62,616 nucleotides of DNA from a bacterium (GCA_027020915.1 JALUVF010000028.1:1-62616); one strand, 5' to 3'; positions 44,590 through 54,462 are shown, counted from the stretch's first letter. Notes: generated from the letters alone by a model not told the origin. Translations and numbers: made by a program.

Positions 44590-45968
44590 CCCCTCCCCTC
44601 TCCCCTTTCCTCACCGTATCCCAGCTCAACCACCTCATAAAAGAAGACCTGGAAGGAAGCTACAGGGACCTGTGGGTGGAAGGGGAGATCTCCACCCTCC
44701 GAATCTCTCCCGGGGGGCACCACTACTTCACCCTCCGAGACCCCCAGGCCCAGATCAAGGCAGTCTTTTTCAGGGGCAAAGCCCGCTTCTTCCTGCGCCA
44801 CATAAAGGAGGGGAACAGGGTCGTCTGCCACGGAGACCTCTCCTTCTACCAGGAACGGGGAGAGGTCCAGCTCATAGTGGACTTCCTGGAACCCCGGGGA
44901 CGGGGAGAACACTTCCTGCGCCTGGAACTGGTAAAAAAACGCCTAGCTGCCCAAGGTCTCTTCGCCCCCCAGCGAAAGAGACCCCTCCCTTCCCTGCCCA
45001 GGACCGTGGGTATTATCACCTCCCCCAGGGGAGCGGCCATCAGAGACATCATCAAGGTGATCCGGGAGCAGTACCCCGGGGTCCACCTCCTCCTGATGCC
45101 CGTCACCGTTCAGGGAGAGAAGGCCCCGGGAGAGATAGTCCAGGCCCTCAGAGAGCTCAACTTCCGGGGAGGCATAGACGTCATCATCCTGGCCCGAGGG
45201 GGAGGGGCCAGGGAAGACCTGGCCGCCTTCAACACCGAGGAGGTGGCCAGGGCCGTGGCCGCCTCCGCCATTCCCGTGGTCTCCGCAGTGGGCCACGAGA
45301 TAGACACCACCCTGGCCGATCTGGCCGCCGACGCCCGGGCCCCCACGCCCTCGGCAGCAGCCCAGATGGTGGTGGCCCAAGCCGTGGAACTGAAAGGCCA
45401 TCTGGAGAGCCTCAAATCCCGCCTGACCAGGGCCCTCCAGTCCCCCTTGAACCTCTACGCCTTCCACCTCCACCACCTGGCCCAGAGGTTGAACAAAGGG
45501 AACCCCCTGAGGCGCCTCAAAGACCGGGAGGAACGCCTGAAGGATCTGAAGGGGCGCCTGACCATCCAGTCTTCCAAAATCACAGCTCCCCACAGACATA
45601 GGCTCCAGACCCTCTCCATCCGCCTTGAGCTCCAATCACCCTGGGAGACCCTCAAGAAGAAGAAAGAGGAACTGGGTCGGCTGGAGAAAGGGCTTCTCAG
45701 AAGCATGAAGGGGCACCTGGACAGAAAGAGGGAGGCCCTGGCCCCCCTGACCAGGGCCCTGGAAACCCTCTCCCCTCTGGCCATTCTGGAAAGGGGCTAC
45801 TCCATCACCCTCACCCAAGAGGGAAAGCCCATCACCTCCTACAAAGAGGTGATAGAGGGAGACCCGGTCCAGGTCCTCCTCCACGCAGGGTCTCTCAAAT
45901 GCACCGTAGAGGAGAGAAGAGAAACATCCCTCCCGCCACAGGTGAAAAAAGGGCGGGAGGACTCATAA
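44586..45968 (+). CDS. xseA: exodeoxyribonuclease VII large subunit
   Basis: ATG 44586 overlaps folD via ATGA. LTVSQLNHLIKEDLEGSYRDLWVEGEISTLRISPGGHHYFTLRD...IGIITSPRGAAIRDI...DVIILARGGGAREDLAAFN...PVVSAVGHEIDTTLADLAAD. No xseB gene is adjacent. Confidence 0.9.
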   Translation: MTPPLSPFLTVSQLNHLIKEDLEGSYRDLWVEGEISTLRISPGGHHYFTLRDPQAQIKAVFFRGKARFFLRHIKEGNRVVCHGDLSFYQERGEVQLIVDFLEPRGRGEHFLRLELVKKRLAAQGLFAPQRKRPLPSLPRTVGIITSPRGAAIRDIIKVIREQYPGVHLLLMPVTVQGEKAPGEIVQALRELNFRGGIDVIILARGGGAREDLAAFNTEEVARAVAASAIPVVSAVGHEIDTTLADLAADARAPTPSAAAQMVVAQAVELKGHLESLKSRLTRALQSPLNLYAFHLHHLAQRLNKGNPLRRLKDREERLKDLKGRLTIQSSKITAPHRHRLQTLSIRLELQSPWETLKKKKEELGRLEKGLLRSMKGHLDRKREALAPLTRALETLSPLAILERGYSITLTQEGKPITSYKEVIEGDPVQVLLHAGSLKCTVEERRETSLPPQVKKGREDS

Positions 45969-46058
45969 ACCCTGGTATTTCAGCCATCACTTTGATAGTA
46001 TGGAATTTAGAAACCAGTGTGCTAAAAAGGTAGAAACCCGGGGAAGGAGAGCCTTACC

Positions 46059-46436
46059 ATGAAGGGAAAGGGAAAGATTCTCTTGATAGACGATAACGAA
46101 CTCCTCCAAGACCTGGGGAAAGACATCCTAGAACATCTGGGCTACACACCCGTCATCGCCTCGGAAGGGGAAGAAGGGATCGAGATCTACAAGAGGGAGC
46201 AGAAGGAGATAAGGGCCGTTCTCCTGGACGTGGTCATGCCAGGCCTGGGAGGGCTGGAGGTCTTCAGGAGGCTCAAAGAGATCGATCCCCAGGTGAAGGT
46301 TCTGGTCATCAGCGGTTACAGTGAAGAGGAACGGGCAGGAGAACTCCTGAAAGAAGGGGCCCTGGACTTCATCCAGAAACCCTTCAAAATCGGTCAGCTA
46401 TCCCAGAAACTCCAAGAGATTCTGGAGGAAGAGTGA
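46059..46436 (+). CDS. stand-alone response-regulator receiver domain protein
   Basis: The 125-aa product has all receiver residues: acidic pocket (ILLIDDNE), phospho-acceptor (LLDVVMPGLGG), VISGYS and IQKPF. Confidence 0.85.
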   Translation: MKGKGKILLIDDNELLQDLGKDILEHLGYTPVIASEGEEGIEIYKREQKEIRAVLLDVVMPGLGGLEVFRRLKEIDPQVKVLVISGYSEEERAGELLKEGALDFIQKPFKIGQLSQKLQEILEEE

Positions 46437-46906
46437 CACCTCTGAAAGGCCCCGAAAGGGAAGCCCTCCTCCACTGGATAGAAGAGTCCTTCGGCATCCC
46501 CAGAGAAAGGGTGGAACCCCTCTTCATCTTTAAAAGGGGCCGGGACATCTGGATGGCCTCTCCCCAACTGGAAGAACTCTCAGAATGGAACGAGGACCAA
46601 GGCACGGGTCCCTTGCCCATCACCCGCATGGGCACCCGCCTGGCCCGCCAGGACCGCCAGGGCTACCGCCTCACCACCCCGGCCATCCAGCTCCTGGGGC
46701 GCTGGGCCACCAAAAGGGTGGTGGACCTCTCTCGCCAGCAGGGGGAGAGGTACATGAGAGGAGAAGACGTCGCCCTGGATCATTCCTCCCCCATTCCCCG
46801 GGGCCAGGTCATCGTCAGGGTCCAGGGCAGGCCCCTGGGCTCAGGCCTCCTGGAGGGAGACCGTATCAAGAACCAGATCCCCGTGGCTCAACGGGTGAAG
46901 GGATAA
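46433..46906 (+). CDS. hypothetical protein, PUA-like / RsmF-C-terminal-like domain (function unknown)
   Basis: The 157-aa product starts at a GTG that overlaps the receiver gene stop (GTGA). The C-terminal GQVIVRVQGRPLGSGLLEGDRIKNQIPVAQR resembles, from memory, the C-terminal domain of RsmF/YebU-type methyltransferases. There is no methyltransferase core. Confidence 0.5.
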   Translation: MTPLKGPEREALLHWIEESFGIPRERVEPLFIFKRGRDIWMASPQLEELSEWNEDQGTGPLPITRMGTRLARQDRQGYRLTTPAIQLLGRWATKRVVDLSRQQGERYMRGEDVALDHSSPIPRGQVIVRVQGRPLGSGLLEGDRIKNQIPVAQRVKG

Positions 46907-47038
46907 GGCCAAAGGATTTCCAGGTCCTCCGGGAGGGACTATTGACTTGTCCAGGGTTCTAAGTTCAATGTTCAAAGTTCCCGGAGAAAGATAAAAAACC
47001 TGCGAACCTGGTTTTTACGAAAGGAGAGGGAAGCACCC

Positions 47039-49450
47039 ATGAGACTGGAAGACCTGTGGGGCACCAGGGTCCTCTGCCTGGACGGGGCCATGGGTACCAT
47101 GATCCAGGAAGCCGGAGTGGCCTTCACCACAGCCCCAGAATATTTGAACGTCAGCCACCCCCAGCTCATCCACCGCATCCATAGGGCCTACGTGGAAGCC
47201 GGGGCCCACATCATAGAGACCAACACCTTTGGCGGCAACAGGATAAAGCTGGCCAACTACGGCCTGGAAGAAGAGGTTTACAGCCTCAACAGGGCCGCCG
47301 TGGAACTGGCCAGGAAGGCCGCTGCAGACAAGGCCCTGGTGGCAGCATCCATGGGCCCCACGGGCAAGTTCCTGGAACCCGTAGGGGATCTTCCTTTCAA
47401 CGAGGCCGTGGATATCTTCAAAGAGCAGGCCCGTGCCTTCCAGGATGGAGGGGCCCACCTGGTCATGGTGGAAACCATGTCCGACATCAAAGAGGCCAAG
47501 GCCGCCATCATAGCCGTGAAAGAGGCCACAGACCTCCCCGTATTTGCCCTGGCCACCTTCCAGGAAGACATGCACACCCTCCTGGGCATGTCTCCCGAGG
47601 CGGTGGCCGTCACCCTGGAGGCCATGGGGGTATGGGCCCTGGGAGCCAACTGCAGTCTGGGTCCCCAGGGGCTCCTGGAAGTGGCCAAGAGGATGGCCAG
47701 TGTCTCATCCCAGCCCCTGGTGTTCATGCCCAACGCAGGCCTCCCCAGGCTGGAAGGCGACAGGACCGTGTTTCCGGCCACTCCTCAGGAGATGGCCCAG
47801 TACGCCCGGAAGCTGGCGGAGGTGGGGGCCTGGGTGGTGGGCGGCTGCTGCGGCACCACACCCACCCATATCAAGAGGATGGTGGAGGCCGTGAAGGACA
47901 CCCCCCTGGTGAAGAGGGAGGCCCCCCCCGGCATGAAACTGGCCGGGCGGCGCCAGGTGGTCTTTCTGGGAGAAGGCCACTTCCCCGGGGTCATAGGGGA
48001 ACGCATCAACCCCACGGGGAAAAAGGACTTCCAGGCCGAGCTCAGGGCAGGCAAGACAGCCTGGGCCCGGGACATGGCCAGAAGACAGGTGGAGGCCGGA
48101 GCCCATCTCCTGGACGTCAACGTGGGAATGCCCGGCATCAAAGAAGAGAAAGTGCTTCCCATGGTGGCCACCGCCGTCCAGACCCAGGTGGACTGCCCCC
48201 TGGTCCTGGACTCCAGCAATCCCCTGGCCATGGAAGCGGCCCTCCAGCAGGTGGACGGCAAGGCCCTCATCAACTCCGTCTCGGGGGAAGAGAAGTCCCT
48301 GGACGCCCTGGTGCCCCTGGCCAGGCGCTACGGCGCCGCCCTCCTCATCCTCCCCCTGGACAAGAAGGGCATCCCCTCCACACCCCAAGGACGGGTGGAG
48401 ATCGCCAGGAGGGTCATGGAGAAGGCCACGGAAATGGGCATACCCAGAAGCGACCTCATAGTGGACGGCCTCACCATGACGGTGAGCGCCCAGGAGGATG
48501 GCCCCAAGGTCACCCTGGAAACGGTGAGAGCCGTCAAAAGGGAACTGGCCCTCCCCACGGTCCTGGGGGTGAGCAACGTCTCCTTCGGCCTTCCCCACCG
48601 GGAAGGGGTGAACGCCACCTTTCTGGCCATGGTCCTGGAGGCCGGGCTGGATGCCGCCATCATAAATCCCAACAGTCGGCGCATGATGGAGACCCTCTAC
48701 GCCGGGGCCCTACTGACGGGCAGGGACCCCCGGGCGGCTAGGTACCTGGAGGTCTTCTCCCAGGGAGAGGAGAAAAGGGAGGAGAGAGGGGAAGAGGAAC
48801 AGGATCCAAAGAAGACCCTCTTCAACGCCGTCCTCCACGGCGATGAGGATCTGGCCAGGGAGAAGACAGGGGAGCTCCTGGGCGAGATGGCCCCCCTGGA
48901 GATCAGCAACACCATCCTCATACCGGCCATGGAAGAGGTGGGTAGGCGCTTTGAGAGCAACCGGTACTTCCTACCCCAGGTCATGGCCTCGGCAACCGCC
49001 ATGCAAGGGGCCTTCGCCGTCCTGAAAGAGGCCATGAAGGGCCAGGAGGGCCCTGCCAAGGGTACGGTGATCATGGCCACAGTAGAAGGGGACATCCACG
49101 ACATCGGCAAGAACATCGTCTGCACCCTCCTGGAGAACCACGGGTTCAGGGTGATAGACCTGGGCAAGAACGTGCCCAGGGAGAGGATCGTGGCCCAGGC
49201 CCACTCCCTCCTGGCAGAAGGCCATCCCCCGGAAAAGCTGGCCGTGGGTCTCTCGGCCCTCATGACCACCACCATGACGGAGATGAAAGGGGTCATTGAG
49301 GCCCTGAAGGAGAAGGGCATCCAGGTCTTCACCCTGGTGGGCGGCGCCGTGGTCACCCCCGAGTATGCCCGGGAAATCGGCGCCCATTATGCCAAAGACG
49401 CCGTGGAAGCGGTAAAAGTGGTAGAGAGGCTGATGGAAAGGGAAAGTTGA
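47039..49450 (+). CDS. metH: cobalamin-dependent methionine synthase, short form lacking the AdoMet reactivation domain
   Basis: The 803-aa product has an Hcy S-methyltransferase domain (LDGAMGTMIQ...ETNTFG...GGCCGTTPTHI), a pterin-binding domain (IGERINPTG...LDVNVG) and a B12-binding cap plus Rossmann domain with GDIHDIGKNIV. The ORF ends right after the B12 domain. Confidence 0.9.
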   Translation: MRLEDLWGTRVLCLDGAMGTMIQEAGVAFTTAPEYLNVSHPQLIHRIHRAYVEAGAHIIETNTFGGNRIKLANYGLEEEVYSLNRAAVELARKAAADKALVAASMGPTGKFLEPVGDLPFNEAVDIFKEQARAFQDGGAHLVMVETMSDIKEAKAAIIAVKEATDLPVFALATFQEDMHTLLGMSPEAVAVTLEAMGVWALGANCSLGPQGLLEVAKRMASVSSQPLVFMPNAGLPRLEGDRTVFPATPQEMAQYARKLAEVGAWVVGGCCGTTPTHIKRMVEAVKDTPLVKREAPPGMKLAGRRQVVFLGEGHFPGVIGERINPTGKKDFQAELRAGKTAWARDMARRQVEAGAHLLDVNVGMPGIKEEKVLPMVATAVQTQVDCPLVLDSSNPLAMEAALQQVDGKALINSVSGEEKSLDALVPLARRYGAALLILPLDKKGIPSTPQGRVEIARRVMEKATEMGIPRSDLIVDGLTMTVSAQEDGPKVTLETVRAVKRELALPTVLGVSNVSFGLPHREGVNATFLAMVLEAGLDAAIINPNSRRMMETLYAGALLTGRDPRAARYLEVFSQGEEKREERGEEEQDPKKTLFNAVLHGDEDLAREKTGELLGEMAPLEISNTILIPAMEEVGRRFESNRYFLPQVMASATAMQGAFAVLKEAMKGQEGPAKGTVIMATVEGDIHDIGKNIVCTLLENHGFRVIDLGKNVPRERIVAQAHSLLAEGHPPEKLAVGLSALMTTTMTEMKGVIEALKEKGIQVFTLVGGAVVTPEYAREIGAHYAKDAVEAVKVVERLMERES

Positions 49451-49503
49451 CACCATCCCGTCAAAGTCTATAAATAAGCCCCGACTTCTAGGAGGTTAGA
49501 GGT

Positions 49504-50644
49504 ATGTGGGAAGAGAAGAAGAGCGAGATCCGGGCCTTGAAAGACAGGCTAGAAAAACTCGGGAGGCATCTTTGACATCCCCGGTAAAAAGGCCAAGATC
49601 AAGGAACTAGAAGAGCAGACCTATAAGCCCAACTTCTGGGACAACCCTGAAGAAGCCAAAAACATCCTGAAGGAGAAGAGCCACCTGGAAGAGACGGTGG
49701 AGTCCTACCAGGAGCTCCAGCAAAGCCTGGAGGACGTGGAAACCCTGGTGGAGCTGGCCCAGGAGGCCCAGGATCTCACCCTGCTGCCCGAGATTGAGGA
49801 GCAGCTTGTCAGTCTCTCCAGGAGGATGGCCAAGGCCGAGCTCAAGACCCTCCTCTCGGGAGAGCAGGATAAAAACAACGCCATCGTCTCCATCAACCCT
49901 GGGGCCGGGGGCACCGAGTCCCAGGACTGGGCGGCCATGCTCTTCCGCATGTACACCCGCTGGGCCCAGGACAAGGGCTACAAGGTGAAGATCCTGGACT
50001 ACCAGAGCGCCGACGATGCAGGCATAAAGGGGGCCACTTTCCTGGTGGAGGGCCCCTATGCCTACGGATACCTCAAGGGAGAAACAGGGGTCCATCGACT
50101 GGTGCGCATATCCCCCTTCGACGCCGCCAGGAGACGCCACACCTCTTTCGCCTCGGTCTTCGTCTATCCCGAGGTGGAGGAGGAGATCCAGGTGGACATC
50201 AACGAGAAGGACCTGAGGATCGAGACATACAGGGCTAGCGGACCTGGAGGCCAGCACGTGAACGTGACGGATTCGGCGGTGCGCATCACCCACATCCCCA
50301 CGGGCATCGTGGTCCAGTGTCAGAACGAGCGCTCCCAGCACAAAAACAAAGAGATGGCCATGAAAATCCTCAAGGCCCGGATATACGAGCTGAAGAAGCG
50401 GGAGAAGGAAAAGGAAAAAGAAGAGCTGGAGAAGGGCAAGAAGGAGATTGCCTGGGGTTCTCAGATCCGGTCCTATGTACTCCATCCATACCAGCTGGCC
50501 AAGGATCACCGCACGGGGGTTGAAAAGGGTAATGTGAATGGGGTATTGGACGGTGACCTGGACCCATTTATCGAGGGTTACCTTCTGTGGGCCAGGCAAA
50601 AAGGGACCCTCTCCGCGGCTGGTGACGCCGAGGAGGAGAAATAG
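49504..50644 (+). CDS. prfB: peptide chain release factor 2, requires programmed +1 frameshift (49504-49572 joined to 49574-50644)
   Basis: Frame 0 reads MWEEKKSEIRALKDRLEKLGRHL and then hits TGA at 49573. The +1 frame continues DIPGKKAKIKELEEQTYKPNFWDNPEEA... through the SPF motif (RISPFDAARRRHTSF) and GGQ motif (SGPGGQHVN). AGGAGG RBS lies before ATG 49504. Confidence 0.95.
49561..49576 (+). promoter_or_regulatory. prfB +1 frameshift site (internal SD GGGAGG, then CTT TGA C)
   Basis: GGGAGG is at 49561-49566, the spacer CAT is 3 nt, the slippery codon CTT is at 49570-49572, and the in-frame TGA at 49573-49575 is followed by C. This is the canonical RF2 autoregulatory site. Confidence 0.9.
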
Positions 50645-50728
50645 AGAGCACACACGCTCCTCTAAATCCCGGGGTGCCCCTTAGGGGTGGGAGAGAGGGG
50701 CGGAGGAAAAAACCCGAGGGAGGTAGAA

Positions 50729-51598
50729 ATGGCAGTACTCACCATGAAGCAACTCCTGGAAGCCGGTGTCCACTTTGGACACCAGACCCGCCGATGGGAT
50801 CCCCGAATGAAACCCTACATCTTCACCGCCAGAAACGGCATCTACATCATCGACCTTCAGAAGACCCTCCAGATGTTCGAGATCGCCTACAACTTCGTGC
50901 GGGACCAGGTGGCCGAGGGAGCCAAGGTCCTCTTTGTGGGGACAAAGAAGCAGGCCAAAGAGACCATAGAGACGGAGGCCACCCGCTGCGGCATGTTCTA
51001 CGTGAGCCACAGATGGCTGGGGGGCACCCTCACCAACTTCGCCACCATCAAGCGCAGCGTGGAGAAGCTGAAAGAGCTGGAAACCATGCGGGACGGCGGG
51101 TTCTTCCAGAACCTCACCAAGAAAGAGGCCATCAAGCTCAACCGCAAGATTGAAAAGCTGGAAAGGAATCTCAAAGGCATCAAGGAAATGGAAAAGCTGC
51201 CCCAAATCCTCTGGGTGGTGGATCCCAAGAAGGAGTACATCGCCGTGAGGGAAGCCAAAAAAGTGGGAATTCCCATTGTGGCCATCGTGGACACCAACTG
51301 CAACCCTGACGAGATAGACTACGTCGTCCCCGGTAACGACGACGCCATAAGGGCGGTGAAACTCCTCACCTCCAAGATAGCCGACGCCGTCATAGAGGGG
51401 CAGCACCTCTACATGGAAAAGGCGGGCCTGGAGATGGCCGTCCAGGAAGAGATGGCCACCGAAGAAGAAAAAGAGGCAAAGGTAGCCGCTGTGCCCACCG
51501 AAGAGACCCCAGAGGAAGGGGGAGAGGCCATTCCCGGGGACGAGGCAACAGAGGTGGAGGAAGAGTTCGAAGAATACGAAGAGGACTGGGAGGAATAG
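50729..51598 (+). CDS. rpsB: 30S ribosomal protein S2 (with long acidic C-terminal tail)
   Basis: [32 protein letters not shown]...IIDLQKT...FVGTKKQA...[21 protein letters not shown] lies before ATG 50729. Confidence 0.95.
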   Translation: MAVLTMKQLLEAGVHFGHQTRRWDPRMKPYIFTARNGIYIIDLQKTLQMFEIAYNFVRDQVAEGAKVLFVGTKKQAKETIETEATRCGMFYVSHRWLGGTLTNFATIKRSVEKLKELETMRDGGFFQNLTKKEAIKLNRKIEKLERNLKGIKEMEKLPQILWVVDPKKEYIAVREAKKVGIPIVAIVDTNCNPDEIDYVVPGNDDAIRAVKLLTSKIADAVIEGQHLYMEKAGLEMAVQEEMATEEEKEAKVAAVPTEETPEEGGEAIPGDEATEVEEEFEEYEEDWEE

Positions 51599-51602
51599 AG
51601 TT

Positions 51603-52202
51603 ATGGCCCACATCACACCCCAGATGGTGAAGGAGCTCCGAGAGAAGACGGGTGCAGGTATCATGGACTGTAAGAAGGCCCTGGCCCAGTGTGACGGCGA
51701 CATGGAGAAGGCCGTGGAGGCCCTGAGGAAAAAGGGCCTGGCCACCGCCGCCAAGAAGGCCAGCAGGGCCACCAACGAAGGACTCATCCATGCTTACATC
51801 CACATGGGGGGCAAGATCGGCGTGCTCATCGAGGTGAACTGCGAGACGGACTTCGTGGCCAGGACCGACGAATTCAGGGAACTGGTCCACAACCTGGCCA
51901 TGCAGGTGGCCGCCTCCTCTCCCCTCTATGTGAGCAAAGAGGACGTGCCCCAGGAAGTGGTGGAAAAGGAAGGCAGGCTCTACCGGGAGCAGGCCCTGGA
52001 GCAGGGCAAACCCGAGAAGGTGGTGGACAGGATCGTGGAAGGCAAGCTCAACAAGTTCTACCAGGACGTATGCCTCCTGGAGCAGCCCTACATCAGGGAG
52101 CCCGAGAAGACCGTCTCCCAGCTCATCACCGAATACATCGCCAAGCTGGGAGAGAACATCAGGGTGAAGAGGTTCACCCGGTACCAACTGGGAGAGGAAT
52201 AG
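51603..52202 (+). CDS. tsf: elongation factor Ts (short form)
   Basis: [42 protein letters not shown]...[18 protein letters not shown]...LLEQPYIR. Confidence 0.95.
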   Translation: MAHITPQMVKELREKTGAGIMDCKKALAQCDGDMEKAVEALRKKGLATAAKKASRATNEGLIHAYIHMGGKIGVLIEVNCETDFVARTDEFRELVHNLAMQVAASSPLYVSKEDVPQEVVEKEGRLYREQALEQGKPEKVVDRIVEGKLNKFYQDVCLLEQPYIREPEKTVSQLITEYIAKLGENIRVKRFTRYQLGEE

Positions 52203-52206
52203 GAGA

Positions 52207-52929
52207 ATGTCCCCAGCCCCTTCTCCCTACAAGAGGGTGCTTCTGAAGCTCAGCGGAGAGGCGCTGGCCGGGGAGAAGGATTACGGCCTCTCCACTTCCG
52301 CCCTCACCCGCATCTCCACGGAAGTGAAGGAGGTGCGGGAAGAGGGGGTGGAGATAGGCGTGGTCATTGGTGGAGGGAACATCTTCAGAGGCATCAAGGG
52401 GGTGGCCTCGGGCATAGACCGGGCCACCTCGGACTACATGGGGATGCTGGCCACAGTGATCAACGCCTTGGCCCTCCAGAGCAGCCTGGAGAGACTGGGA
52501 GTCCCCACCAGGGTCCAGACGGCTCTGGAGATGCGCCAGCTGGCCGAACCCTACATCCGGCGCCGGGCCATGAGGCACCTGGAGAAAGGCCGGGTGGTGG
52601 TCTTCGCGGGAGGAACAGGCAACCCCTTCTTCACCACGGACACGGCAGCGGCCCTGAGGGCCGCCGAGATAGGGGCCCAGATCATACTCAAAGGCACCAA
52701 AGTGGAGGGGGTGTACAACAAAGATCCCCAACAGCACCCCGATGCCATAAAATTCAGCAAGATCAGTTACATAGAGGTGCTGGACAACAACCTGAGGGTC
52801 ATGGACCCCACCGCCATATCCCTGTGCATGGAGAACAACATTCCCATTGTGGTCTTTTCAATACTGGTGGAGGGCAATATAAAGAGGGCTGTCATGGGAG
52901 AGAAGGTGGGCACCTACGTGGGGAGGTAA
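52207..52929 (+). CDS. pyrH: UMP kinase
   Basis: [13 protein letters not shown]...[13 protein letters not shown]...[15 protein letters not shown]...[23 protein letters not shown]...[12 protein letters not shown]. Confidence 0.95.
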   Translation: MSPAPSPYKRVLLKLSGEALAGEKDYGLSTSALTRISTEVKEVREEGVEIGVVIGGGNIFRGIKGVASGIDRATSDYMGMLATVINALALQSSLERLGVPTRVQTALEMRQLAEPYIRRRAMRHLEKGRVVVFAGGTGNPFFTTDTAAALRAAEIGAQIILKGTKVEGVYNKDPQQHPDAIKFSKISYIEVLDNNLRVMDPTAISLCMENNIPIVVFSILVEGNIKRAVMGEKVGTYVGR

Positions 52930-52933
52930 AGAG

Positions 52934-53491
52934 ATGCTGGAGGATGTGTACAAAGAGATAAAGACCAAGATGAAGAAGTCCCTGAAAAAGCTGGAGAGGG
53001 AGCTGGCAGGGATCAGAACGGGGAGGGCCTCCACGGCTCTGCTGGAGGACATCAGGGTCACCTACTACGGCACTCCCACGCCCCTCAACCAGTTGGCCAC
53101 CATCTCCGTACCCGAGGCCCGGCTCATCACCATACAGCCCTGGGACAAGTCCATCATAAAAGAGATAGAAAAGGCCATCTCCCATTCCGACCTGGGACTC
53201 AACCCCTCCTCCGACGGCAACGTCATCCGCATCACCTTCCCACCCCTCACCGAAGAAAGACGCAAAGAACTGGTAAAAGTGGTGAAGAAGATCGGGGAGG
53301 AGTACAAGATCGCCATCAGGAACATCAGGAGAGAGGGCAACGAGGAAGTGAAGGAGATGGAGAAAGAGAAGCTCATCTCCGAGGACGACAGCAAGAGGGC
53401 CCTCAAAGAGATCCAAAAGATCACCGATGAATTCATAAAGAAGGTGGACCAGCTCTTGGAAGCCAAAGAGAAAGAGATCATGGAGTTCTAA
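52934..53491 (+). CDS. frr: ribosome recycling factor
   Basis: [62 protein letters not shown]...[13 protein letters not shown]. Confidence 0.95.
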   Translation: MLEDVYKEIKTKMKKSLKKLERELAGIRTGRASTALLEDIRVTYYGTPTPLNQLATISVPEARLITIQPWDKSIIKEIEKAISHSDLGLNPSSDGNVIRITFPPLTEERRKELVKVVKKIGEEYKIAIRNIRREGNEEVKEMEKEKLISEDDSKRALKEIQKITDEFIKKVDQLLEAKEKEIMEF

Positions 53492-53513
53492 ACCAACCAA
53501 GGAGGTGATTGGC

Positions 53514-53684
53514 ATGGCGTACGTTATCACCGATGATTGTGTCGCCTGTGGGACCTGCCTGGACGTGTGCCCCGCGGAGGCCATCGAAGAGGGGGAGGAG
53601 AAGTACACCATTGATCAGGAGAAGTGCACCGAGTGTGGGTCTTGCGTGGAGGTCTGCCCCACCGAGGCCATCATAGAACAGTAA
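53514..53684 (+). CDS. 2x[4Fe-4S] ferredoxin (56 aa; below the ORF-track size cutoff)
   Basis: Hand translation gives MAYVITDDCVACGTCLDVCPAEAIEEGEEKYTIDQEKCTECGSCVEVCPTEAIIEQ, with two CxxCxxCxxxCP motifs. A GGAGGTG RBS lies 6 nt upstream. Stop TAA is at 53682-53684, followed by a strong terminator. Confidence 0.85.
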   Translation: MAYVITDDCVACGTCLDVCPAEAIEEGEEKYTIDQEKCTECGSCVEVCPTEAIIEQ

Positions 53685-53693
53685 ACACAACCC

Positions 53694-53730
53694 GGGGGCA
53701 GAGGGCGCATCTGCCCCCTCTTTTCACTTT
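53694..53730 (+). terminator. rho-independent terminator after the ferredoxin gene
   Basis: GGGGGCAGA (53694-53702) pairs with TCTGCCCCC (53710-53718) and is followed by TCTTTTCACTTT. Confidence 0.7.
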
Positions 53731-53736
53731 AACCCT

Positions 53737-54459
53737 ATGGATACAGAGAAACTGGGCATAAAGGTCATTCCCCGCCATGTTGCCATCATCATGGACGGCA
53801 ACGGTCGATGGGCAAAGCTCCACGACAGGCCCAGGATATTCGGCCACCAAAAGGGGGTGGAAAGGGCGAAAGAGGCCTCGGAGTTTGCCCTGGAAGTGGG
53901 CATAGAGGTCCTGTCCCTCTACGCCTTCTCCACGGAGAACTGGGCCCGTCCCCGGGAGGAGGTGGAGTTCCTCATGTCCCTACTGGAAGATTACCTCCAG
54001 AGGGAGCTCCCCAACATGCTCAACAAGGGTATCCGCCTCCATCCCATAGGCAGGATCCATGAACTGCCCCGGGCCACCAGGGAAAAGGTAGAGGAGACGG
54101 CCCGGGCCACCAGCAAGAACGACAGGCTCATTCTGAACCTCGCCCTGAACTACGGAGGCCACGCCGAACTGGTGGATGCCTTCAGGGTCCTGGCCCACCG
54201 GGTGGCAGAGGGCGAACTCCAGCCCCAGGAGATCGACGAGGCCCTGGTCGAAGGGTGCCTCTACACCCGGGGCCAGCCGCCACCCGATCTCCTCATCCGC
54301 ACCAGCGGCGAGTACCGGATCAGCAACTTCCTCCTGTGGCAGACGGCCTACACCGAGTTTTATTTCACACCCGTGTTGTGGCCCGACTTCGACAGAGGGG
54401 AGTTCCTCAAGGCCCTCCTGGACTACCAGAAGCGGGAGAGGCGCTTCGGAGGCGTATAA
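53737..54459 (+). CDS. uppS: isoprenyl transferase (undecaprenyl diphosphate synthase family)
   Basis: IPRHVAIIMDGNGRWAK...GH..G...LSLYAFSTENW.RP..EV..LM...LIRTSGEYRISNFLLWQTAYTEFYF...WPDF. Confidence 0.95.
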   Translation: MDTEKLGIKVIPRHVAIIMDGNGRWAKLHDRPRIFGHQKGVERAKEASEFALEVGIEVLSLYAFSTENWARPREEVEFLMSLLEDYLQRELPNMLNKGIRLHPIGRIHELPRATREKVEETARATSKNDRLILNLALNYGGHAELVDAFRVLAHRVAEGELQPQEIDEALVEGCLYTRGQPPPDLLIRTSGEYRISNFLLWQTAYTEFYFTPVLWPDFDRGEFLKALLDYQKRERRFGGV

Positions 54460-54462
54460 AAG

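Noticed and set aside
46907-47038. A possible riboswitch, attenuator or promoter upstream of metH (imperfect GTCCTCC/GGAGGGAC hairpin, AAAAACC...GGTTTTT hairpin, TTGACT box)
   Set aside because: There are no conserved SAM or cobalamin riboswitch cores. The hairpins are weak or imperfect, and the hexamer 17 nt after TTGACT (TCAATG) is a poor -10 element. The evidence is not strong enough to call a feature.
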